Below, piece by piece: positions 57,275 to 64,000 of a DNA stretch of 64,000 bases (position 1 is the first letter of the stretch; the number at the start of each line of letters is the position of its first letter). The position numbers and the translations under genes were made by a program. Below the pieces are notes generated by a model, which saw only the letters and a list, made by a program, of their open reading frames with translations, ran no database searches and had not been told where the DNA came from. The stretch is from Thermoanaerobaculia bacterium (lineage in GTDB: Bacteria; Acidobacteriota; Thermoanaerobaculia; Multivoradales; UBA5704), in assembly GCA_035544895.1 (NCBI GenBank), contig DASZZM010000039.1, forward strand, positions 61,007 through 125,006. Reading direction: 5' to 3'.

Positions 57275-57562
57275 TCAGACGGCGCGCAAAGGCTTCCTCG
57301 GGAGCAGGGCGGCGCGATGCAGCAGGCGAAGGCGGGCGGCGGAGAGCGCACGCCGGCCCGGTCCGGGGGGTGGCAGCCGGCGCAGGTTGGTGAGCGGGAC
57401 GAGGACTCCCGCGATGGGGTTGAGCGCGGTCAGCTCGCGCGGAGTGAGGGGGCGGACACTGAAGACCGGGCGCCGCATCCGGGCGGCCGCGGTCGGATCG
57501 CAGCCGCGCTCGAGAAAGGCCGAGAGCAGCCAGCATCCGAGGGTACGCCGGGCCGCGTTCAC
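57275..57562 (-). CDS. Possible leaderless small protein (95 aa)
   Basis: TAGAAT lies 6 nt upstream of the GTG, as for other real genes here; no recognisable family. Confidence 0.3.
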   Translation of the reverse strand: MNAARRTLGCWLLSAFLERGCDPTAAARMRRPVFSVRPLTPRELTALNPIAGVLVPLTNLRRLPPPGPGRRALSAARLRLLHRAALLPRKPLRAV

Positions 57563-57627
57563 ACGTCCATTCTAGCCCCTACCGGCTGTGCCGACCCCCG
57601 CCCTCTCGCGCACCTACGAGTTTCCTT

Positions 57628-59952
57628 CTAGCTGCCCGCCGCCCAGTCATCGAGCCGCTTGATGACCAGCACGGTGGTGTCGTCGGGCGGCGTCTCGACG
57701 CCGATGTGGCGGCGCCAATCCTCGAGAAGAGAGTCGACGATCCTCGCCGCCGACCGGTAGCGCGCGGTGAACAGCACCTCGCGCGGGCGATCGAAGCCGT
57801 AGGCGACCTCGGCTGCGTTGGCGGCTTCGAACAGGCCGTCGGAGCAGAAGACCAGGAGGCTCCCGGGCTGCAAGTCCACGCGCACCTCTCCGTACTCGCG
57901 CGGCGGCCCCTGGCCGAGCGGCAGGCCAGGCAGGGAGATCTCCGTAACCGGGCCGCCGCCGGTTCGCAGCAAGAAGGGGAAGGGATGGCCGGCGTTGGCG
58001 AGCATCGCCTCGCCGCTGCTGGTGTCGAGCCGCAACAGGGCGAGGGAAGTGAAGTTGCGCCGCGACCCGCCGCGGCGGATCACGCGGTTGACTTGCCCGA
58101 GCACCTCGCCAGGCCGCTTGCCGGGCTCGATCAGGCTGGCGAGCGCGGCCGAGGTCATCGCTTGCACGATCGAGCAAGAGTAGCCGTGCCCGGCGACGTC
58201 GCCGGCAGCGATCCACAGCTTGCCTTCCTCGTCCCACAGGAAATCGTAGAGATCGCCCCCGGCCTCGGTGGCGAGCAGGGACCGCACCGCGATCTCCCAG
58301 CCGGGCGGCTGAGGGACCGACCGTGGCAGCAGCTCGAGCTGCATCCGCGCCAGCAGATCCACCTCGTAGCGCAGCCTCCTCTCATCCTCGAGCCGGCGCA
58401 TGAAGGCCGGCGGCCTCGGCCGCTCGTTCTCGACCTGCTCCGGACGCCGCAGGCCGGCGACGCCCAGCCCGAGCAATCCGGCGGACATTGCCGCCGTCGC
58501 CACGAAGCTCGCCGGCAGCCAGGCCAGGTGCAGCGCCGAGAAGGCGGCAGCGGGCAGCAGGAAACAGGTCACGCACGCCGTGAGCAGGCTGGTCAGGCCG
58601 TGACGCATGGCCAGCCAGACCAGGAGGCCCGCGAGGACGCCGTTGGCGGCGATCTCGACCGGAACGGGGTGGAACCGGAAGGGGCCGAGAAAGAGCGCTC
58701 CGGCCAGCGTGGCCGCCGCCAGCCGCCAGCGCGGGGCGACGAACCGCCGGGCGAGCGCCAGGATCAACATGATTCCGGCCGCCAGCAAGAAGCCAGACTC
58801 GAGCGGGCTGTGGGTGGCACTGAAGATCGGGATCTCCAGGCTCTGAGCTCGCTGCCAGGTTCCAGGCAAGAGCCGGGCGGCCGCATTGACCGCCAGGCAG
58901 AGACCCGCGAGTCCCGATCCGGCGGCGATCCCGAGCACGATCGCGCGGCCGCCGCGCGGCCCGATCCTGCCGCGGCGCAGGAGGTCGAAACCGGCCAAGA
59001 ACCCGGGGTCCGTCGAGCGCATCAGCGATTCCCCGGCCGACCAGAGGACGAGCAGCCACAGCGCCAGGGCGGCGGCGGGCAGCACCTGACCGGCCAGGAC
59101 TAACCAGGGAGGGCCGGGACGGAAGCCCGGCAAGGACACCGCCAGGGCGAGCGCCGCCAGGACCGCACCGTTAACCAGATCGATCCTGCGGCGGAAGACC
59201 AGGAAAAGAAAGAACGCCACCACTCCCAGCGCGAACAGAACGGCCGGCACCGCTCCCAGAAAGAATGACAGCGCGCTCGTGCGGTATCGCGCCAGTGCGC
59301 TCGCCAAGGTTCCGGGATAGCGCCTGCCGTGCACCAGGTTCTCGGCGGGGGGCACCTGGATCACCATGTACTGCGGCGGCCGGCTGCCGGCAATGGCATA
59401 GAGCACCGAAGGGTTGCCGGCGACCCTCTCGAAGCCCGATGCCCCGAGCGACTCTCCCGGGATGAGAAGCGCCCGGGCATAGCGGACCGCGGCCTGTTGC
59501 GGCTCGGACGGTCTGGCGGCAAGACCTGCGAAGCTCAGCGCATCGGTGGTCATCACCTCCAGAGAAGAGGGGCGGCCTGCCGGAGTGAATTCGACGGTCC
59601 AGATCTGCGGCAGGCTCCCCGCCACGCTGCCTTCCCGCTCGACCTCGACCAGGACTCCCGCCCCTAGGGCCGAGAGGACGCCGGGCGAGCCGCCGTGCGG
59701 CCCGTGCTCGAGCCAATCGTGCTTGTCGCTCGCCTGCGAGAGGGCGATTCTGGGCTCGCCGGGAAGCAGGCGGACTCCTACCCTGCCAGCCAACTCACGG
59801 AAACGGTCGACGAAGAAGCTTCGGTCGGGAAGCCGCCCGTCCTGCCACTCGGGCGCCCCGGCACGCGCCGCGGCCAGCCCAGCGGCCAAGGCCAGCGCTC
59901 CCAGCCCGAGGGCCAATGCCACGGGCAGGCGGCGCTCTGGCGCGGGCGGCAT
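57628..59952 (-). CDS. Membrane-anchored PP2C/SpoIIE-type Ser/Thr phosphatase
   Basis: Multi-TM N-terminus; GGDLYDF, AGDVAGHG, ANAGHP, LPLG, CSDGLFEA, DDTTVLVI. Confidence 0.9.
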   Translation of the reverse strand: MPPAPERRLPVALALGLGALALAAGLAAARAGAPEWQDGRLPDRSFFVDRFRELAGRVGVRLLPGEPRIALSQASDKHDWLEHGPHGGSPGVLSALGAGVLVEVEREGSVAGSLPQIWTVEFTPAGRPSSLEVMTTDALSFAGLAARPSEPQQAAVRYARALLIPGESLGASGFERVAGNPSVLYAIAGSRPPQYMVIQVPPAENLVHGRRYPGTLASALARYRTSALSFFLGAVPAVLFALGVVAFFLFLVFRRRIDLVNGAVLAALALAVSLPGFRPGPPWLVLAGQVLPAAALALWLLVLWSAGESLMRSTDPGFLAGFDLLRRGRIGPRGGRAIVLGIAAGSGLAGLCLAVNAAARLLPGTWQRAQSLEIPIFSATHSPLESGFLLAAGIMLILALARRFVAPRWRLAAATLAGALFLGPFRFHPVPVEIAANGVLAGLLVWLAMRHGLTSLLTACVTCFLLPAAAFSALHLAWLPASFVATAAMSAGLLGLGVAGLRRPEQVENERPRPPAFMRRLEDERRLRYEVDLLARMQLELLPRSVPQPPGWEIAVRSLLATEAGGDLYDFLWDEEGKLWIAAGDVAGHGYSCSIVQAMTSAALASLIEPGKRPGEVLGQVNRVIRRGGSRRNFTSLALLRLDTSSGEAMLANAGHPFPFLLRTGGGPVTEISLPGLPLGQGPPREYGEVRVDLQPGSLLVFCSDGLFEAANAAEVAYGFDRPREVLFTARYRSAARIVDSLLEDWRRHIGVETPPDDTTVLVIKRLDDWAAGS

Positions 59953-59989
59953 GACTCCATGCTACCGTCTTTTTCGTCTCCCCCTCAGC

Positions 59990-60648
59990 TCCAGGCGAGC
60001 CGTGAGATCTCTGAGACGCTCGGCGCCGGTGGCGTGCCGCTCGAAGAGCGTCACGCACGGCTGGAGGAGGGAAGCGAGATCCTGCGCCGCGCCCTCGCGC
60101 AGGAGACAGTCAGCCACGCGGGACGCTTCTGGAACATCCCGGAGGTCGCCCTCAGGCCGCGTCCCTACCGCGGTCGCGCGCCCCTTTTCCTGCGCGCCAG
60201 CTCGAGCCTGGAATCGCTGCACCAGGCGGCGGCCGAAGGCGTGCCGCTGATGTTCGGGCTCGTCCCCATCGAGCAGATCGCCGAGCGTATCGCCGCCTAC
60301 CGAGCGCGGCGCTCGGCGCTCGGCCGGTCGGCGTCCCAGATCGATCGCGAGGTGGCCGAGTTCCGGGTCCTGCGCCGGATCGTCCTGGCCGCCACCGACG
60401 GAGAGGCGCTGGCCTACTCCCGCCGGGCGCTGCGCTGGGAGACTACGACGGCGAGGCGGGTCCATGGGGCGGGCACCGACGCCGGTGCCAGGCTCGCCAA
60501 CATCGACAAGTTCGTCAACGGGGAGCCGGTCGAGAACCAGGACGTAGTGATCTGGTACGGCGCCCACTTCACCCACGACGTCAAGTCCGAACCTCCCGGA
60601 GAGTTCGGGCACATCGTGGGGCCGGAGCTGAAACCGGTGAACTGGTAG
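59990..60648 (+). pseudogene. Chimeric remnant: luciferase-like monooxygenase fragment joined to a copper-amine-oxidase-like C-terminus
   Basis: EERHARLEEG.EILRRAL..ETVSHAGRFW...VALRPRP is LLM-like; NGEPVENQDVVIWYGAH is amine-oxidase-like. No plausible N-terminus or start. Confidence 0.5.
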
Positions 60649-60815
60649 TCCTCACTCGACGACGGTGGCGGGCCGAGAAGAGGCAACCCGTCAGCCTACT
60701 CGAGGGCTCGGGTCCGTTGGCGGCGAGCTCACCTCTTGCGTCCCTGGTGTTCGCCCTGTATGATGCGGATACCTAGCAGCTCTATGCACGAGAGCGCGAC
60801 CCCAGGACGACTTCC

Positions 60816-61157
60816 ATGCCCCTCTCGAAAGATCTCGTCGCTGCCTCGGCGAGCCCGTTGATCCTGTCGATTCTGGAGCGTGGCGACAGCTACGGCTACG
60901 CCATCATCCAACAGGTGCGGGAGCTGTCCGGCGGCGAGATGGAGTGGGCCGACGGCATGCTCTACCCGATTCTCCATCGTCTCGAGAAGCGCAAGCTGGT
61001 GGAAGCCTATTGGGGTGAGGCCGACAACGGCCGCAAACGCAAGTACTACCGGCTTCACCGTTCAGGCGTCGAGGAGCTCGCGGCCTTGCGCGCGCACTGG
61101 GACAAGCTGCACGGCATGCTGCAACGTCTAGAAGGAGAAGCGCGATGTTCGATCTAG
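60816..61157 (+). CDS. PadR family transcriptional regulator
   Basis: ILSIL...DSYGYAII, GMLYPILHRLEK, RKRKYY.L...G. Confidence 0.93.
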   Translation: MPLSKDLVAASASPLILSILERGDSYGYAIIQQVRELSGGEMEWADGMLYPILHRLEKRKLVEAYWGEADNGRKRKYYRLHRSGVEELAALRAHWDKLHGMLQRLEGEARCSI

Positions 61158-61621
61158 AGAAAGAGGTTGCGGCCTGGAGCGAGGCTGTTCACGCCGGCCG
61201 CTGTAGCCAAGCCGCCAGCGTCGCGGAGCTCGGCGATCACCTGTACTGCGAGATCGACCGCGCCCGAGCCGGCGGGCTGTCGGACGAGCAGGCTTTCGCG
61301 GCGGCGGTGGCGAAGCTCGGCCCCGCGCCGGAGCTGGCGGCCGAGCACGCCAAGAACCGGTCTCTGGTCCGGACCGGCTGTGCGGCGTTGGCGAACCACG
61401 AGCTCTCGGAGCCGAGCGGCAAGCGCCGCGGGCTCCTGGTGGCCCACGCGATCATCTGGGCGGTGCTGACGATCGCCTCTGCCCTGGTGTGGAAGTCCGC
61501 CGCCCCCGCCGCATCGGGGGCATTCGAGTGGCTGCTGATCGGTATTTTTGTGCCGAGCTGGTTGGCCTCCGAGCAGATCCTGCGACGGGCCCTGCGCGCG
61601 AAGCCCAGGGCTGGAGCATAA
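61145..61621 (+). CDS. Permease-prefix-domain-1 membrane protein (PadR partner)
   Basis: EL.DHL...I......GLSDEQAF..A...LG....LA, then two TM helices; overlaps padR. Confidence 0.8.
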   Translation: MFDLEKEVAAWSEAVHAGRCSQAASVAELGDHLYCEIDRARAGGLSDEQAFAAAVAKLGPAPELAAEHAKNRSLVRTGCAALANHELSEPSGKRRGLLVAHAIIWAVLTIASALVWKSAAPAASGAFEWLLIGIFVPSWLASEQILRRALRAKPRAGA

Positions 61622-61744
61622 CGTCCTGCACCTGATGTTCGGCCAGGCGAGTGAAGTGGTGGACCAACTCACTCTGAGTTCGAACACCCCAGGGAATTCG
61701 AACACCCTCTATTCCTGGCAGCGACCGGCGAAGCGCGGAACTCC

Positions 61745-62497
61745 TCAGATGGGATAGACGTTCGCGACCTCGAGGAGACGCCAAGTCCTGCGCACCCTGG
61801 CGACCGCGCAGCTGATCGACCAGCCGGGGAGCAGGAGCGCCGTCGCGGCCTTCGGGACCTGGATCGGGCTCAGCTCGCTCGCTTCGCCCGAGTCCCAGAC
61901 TTCGAACCAGAGTCGACCGGGCTCGACCCGGGCGATCGTGAAGTGGTCGAATTCGAAGTAGCTCTGCTCGTCGAGCGAGGTGACGTCGATGTCGAGCCGC
62001 TCGGCATCTTCGTAGAGGATTCGGGCCGCGCGGTCGGCGCGGGGCAGGTCGCGGGCTGCGGCCGTGCCGCGCTCCGCCGCATCGCCAGCCGCTTCCTGGG
62101 TGATGTATCCCTTTGCCGTGAGCCAGCTCGCGAGCTTCCTCGTCACGGTGCCCGCGGCGCGCAGGAGATCCGGCCCGGCGCTCACCTTGCGGATCATGAA
62201 GTAGCCGAGGAACCCCCCGACGTTTTCGGGAATCTTCTCGGGGCCAAAGAGCTCGCAGAACTCGCGGTGCTCAGCGCCCTCGGCGTTGAAGCGGCGCTCG
62301 AAGAGCGCGGCCTCCCGTTTCGACAGGCTCTCGTAGGCGTAGCCGTCGAGGTGGCCGCGAAGTAGGTGGATCACGTCCGCGTATCGTCGCAGGGCTTGCG
62401 GCCGCAACCGGGCCCGCTGCTCGGCGAGGAACTCGTCGAGCACGCGGGCGATCGTCGGCTCTGCGGGCTCGGCGAGCTTCACGACCTTCGCGGTCAT
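61745..62497 (-). CDS. Hypothetical protein, N-terminus resembling an integrase core-binding helix set
   Basis: Coding-like ORF; IARVLDEFL....RLRPQALRRY..VI..L; later LASWL..KG; beta-rich C-terminus. Confidence 0.6.
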   Translation of the reverse strand: MTAKVVKLAEPAEPTIARVLDEFLAEQRARLRPQALRRYADVIHLLRGHLDGYAYESLSKREAALFERRFNAEGAEHREFCELFGPEKIPENVGGFLGYFMIRKVSAGPDLLRAAGTVTRKLASWLTAKGYITQEAAGDAAERGTAAARDLPRADRAARILYEDAERLDIDVTSLDEQSYFEFDHFTIARVEPGRLWFEVWDSGEASELSPIQVPKAATALLLPGWSISCAVARVRRTWRLLEVANVYPI

Positions 62498-62519
62498 CGC
62501 CGATCTCCGGTCGAACGGT

Positions 62520-63086
62520 TCATGGGTCCTCCTCGTGTTCCTCCTCGTCCCAATCGACGTACTGTGGCGGGCTCTCGCCGATGCGCTCTGTCACCCTCGG
62601 AAAACGGCCGGCGGGCGCGCTCTCGGCGATCGACAGCACCTTGACCGTGTGCCACCAGTCGTCGCCGAAGTCGAACCAGTAGCCGAAGGTGTCGCCGACC
62701 TCGAGACCGAGTACCTCGAGCTTCGCCCGGGCGGCGCTCTTCACCGGGTCGGGCGCTCCGAGGGCGAAGCCGAAGCCGCGCGGCTCGGGCAGTCCGTATC
62801 GTGCGGCCCGAGGGTCCATCGGTCGCCTCCCACCGATCTGGAACTCGTAGAGGTGCTCGTCGTCGCGATCGAAAGCCGCGAAGATGGCCGCATGAAGCCG
62901 CGCCAGCGTCTGGTCTCCTCGGATCTCGATCGTCCGCGTCACGACCGGGTTCGCGCGCGCGAAGCCCTCGGCCATCGGACCGCTCAGGATGGCGACCTCG
63001 AGCGTGTAGAGGTGCGCCGGGTCCTTGGCTGGAACGCCCGGCCGCATTGGCCGGTTCTTGCGCTGCGAACGCGCTCGTGGGCTCAT
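62520..63086 (-). CDS. pRiA4b ORF-3-like protein
   Basis: RTIEI.G..TL..LH.AI..AF...D.HL.EF; Y.FDFGD.W.H.V; FP.V....GE.PPQY. Confidence 0.8.
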   Translation of the reverse strand: MSPRARSQRKNRPMRPGVPAKDPAHLYTLEVAILSGPMAEGFARANPVVTRTIEIRGDQTLARLHAAIFAAFDRDDEHLYEFQIGGRRPMDPRAARYGLPEPRGFGFALGAPDPVKSAARAKLEVLGLEVGDTFGYWFDFGDDWWHTVKVLSIAESAPAGRFPRVTERIGESPPQYVDWDEEEHEEDP

Positions 63087-63199
63087 GGGCGACGACTCTC
63101 CTCGCTTGCTACGCCGGGCTTTCCGTGGACAGCTCCGCCTGCCCTGGGCGCCGACCAGCGACTCCAGAGGTACGCGGATGCAGTCCTGCGCCGCCTTTA

Positions 63200-63338
63200 C
63201 GCTGCGGTCTGCGTTGACGACGTACTCGACCTCTTCCTCGGCGACGCGCGCGCCTTCCTCGTCCACCTTCAGCTTGATCATGCGCGACTCGTAGAAGAGC
63301 GGCCGGGTGGCGCCGTCCTCGACGGCCTGACGGATGTC
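63200..63338 (-). pseudogene. hsdR: Fragment of type I restriction enzyme subunit R
   Basis: DIRQAVEDGATRPLFYESRMIKL matches the HsdR helicase-region motif (AVEDGAT.P..YE.R); only about 45 codons. Confidence 0.6.
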
Positions 63339-63353
63339 TCTCGTCGGGAACGC

Positions 63354-64000
63354 TCACATCTCCTCCAGCAGCCAGCGGGCGGCGGGGGCCCAGGTGAGCC
63401 TGTCGGGCAGGGGCCGGCTCGGCGGCACGGCGTCGAGCGTGACGAGGAAGGGGCGGGCGTCGGGGTGCGCCGCGGCCGCTCTGTCGAGCGCGCGCAACTC
63501 GCGGGCCCAGGTCTCGTCGCCTTCGCTCTCGAGGCATGCCTGGACGAGGAGCGGGGGGTCGCCGGCGCGCTGGGCGAGGAAGTCCACCTCGTAGCCCTCG
63601 GGCGTGCGCACGTAGGCGACCTCGAAGCCGCGGCGCTCCAGCTCGAGCAGGATCGCGGTCTCGAGCGCCCGGCCGTGGTGCGCCCGGCCGCTGCGCTCGA
63701 AGAGCGCGATGAGCCCCGGGTCCACCGGATAGGCCTTGCGCGGGTTCACCATCCGCTGACGTTCGGATGCGCTGTGCATCGCCACCGTGCGCACCAGGAA
63801 CGCATCCTCCAAGTAGGCCAGATAGTCGTGCAGGGTGTCCTTGCCCACCCGCACTCCCTGCGAGCGCAGCGTGTCGTAGTGCTTCTTGACCGAGAACGGC
63901 CCGCCGGGATTGGCCAGGAGCTGACGCTCGATCCAGCGCAGCGCCAGCGGATTGCTGACCGCGTGGCGCTCGATCACGTCGCGCAGCACGACCACGTCCA
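63354..64000 (-). CDS. AAA_14/DUF4143 ATP-binding protein, C-terminal part (5' end beyond window)
   Basis: DYL.YLEDAFL, NPRK.Y.VD.GL, GRALE..I..EL, Y.RT..G.EVDF, VQAC. Confidence 0.85.
   Translation of the reverse strand, partial: DVVVLRDVIERHAVSNPLALRWIERQLLANPGGPFSVKKHYDTLRSQGVRVGKDTLHDYLAYLEDAFLVRTVAMHSASERQRMVNPRKAYPVDPGLIALFERSGRAHHGRALETAILLELERRGFEVAYVRTPEGYEVDFLAQRAGDPPLLVQACLESEGDETWARELRALDRAAAAHPDARPFLVTLDAVPPSRPLPDRLTWAPAARWLLEEM

Noticed and set aside
61679-61706. Direct repeat TTCGAACACC x2 (LexA-box-like half-sites)
   Set aside because: Direct rather than inverted, 18-bp period, located between convergent gene ends; too weak to call.
63339-63356. Stop-codon readthrough fusing the AAA ATPase to the hsdR fragment and ORF3
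   Set aside because: Shared frame is probably coincidental; no SECIS-like or readthrough signal recognised and the intervening sequence is degenerate.
1-64000. The many long overlapping alternative-frame ORFs in the track (e.g. 1027..2715-, 15000..16769-, 17292..19196-, 20591..22570-, 33260..35455+)
   Set aside because: Shadow ORFs of high-GC DNA: Arg/Pro/Gly-rich, no family motifs, antisense or out of frame to well-supported genes.
1-64000. CRISPR arrays, tRNA and rRNA genes
   Set aside because: No regularly spaced identical repeats with unique spacers, and no tRNA/rRNA signatures were recognised by eye; the tandem repeats seen are intragenic and contiguous.

Overview
High-GC bacterial chromosomal window, probably Acidobacteriota/Thermoanaerobaculia-like (an inference from the gene families present, e.g. 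GWxTD protein, paralogous TPR proteins, short xPNG-ending secreted peptide). No rRNA, tRNA or CRISPR array was recognised. The middle is largely housekeeping: pyrD; zapA-6S RNA-rny-ymdB; tlyA-nadK-tamB-tamA-ribBA; folE-GWxTD-fabH-like-ClpX-like; ugd/uxs/epimerase; mlaDFE; plsC. Three accessory zones stand out. (1) 1-6.8 kb: two TPR proteins, then an ECF sigma factor fused to two tandem tyrosine-recombinase core-binding (SAM-like) domains, bracketed by two paralogous lipoprotein genes. These are followed by a 14-Cys secreted protein and a truncated integrase with an intact palindromic recombinase-type site at the island/core boundary. (2) 24.4-27.0 kb: an AT-rich promoter with a perfect 18-bp palindrome precedes a small secreted protein ending in a C-SVNPNGV-C loop, then a zinc-finger/TPR protein paralogous to those in zone 1, and a convergent XRE regulator. 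This is a candidate peptide-signalling module. (3) 50.7-64 kb: DUF4071-like protein, higBA remnant, ABC exporter, GGDEF, PP2C, a chimeric pseudogene, PadR pair, pRiA4b ORF3-like gene, hsdR fragment and AAA/DUF4143 ATPase. Also notable: a palindromic element inserted in-frame in tlyA, an mbtH-thioesterase-PPTase trio with no NRPS in the window, and a dispersed REP-like motif. All family calls are from motif recognition by eye, not database searches.
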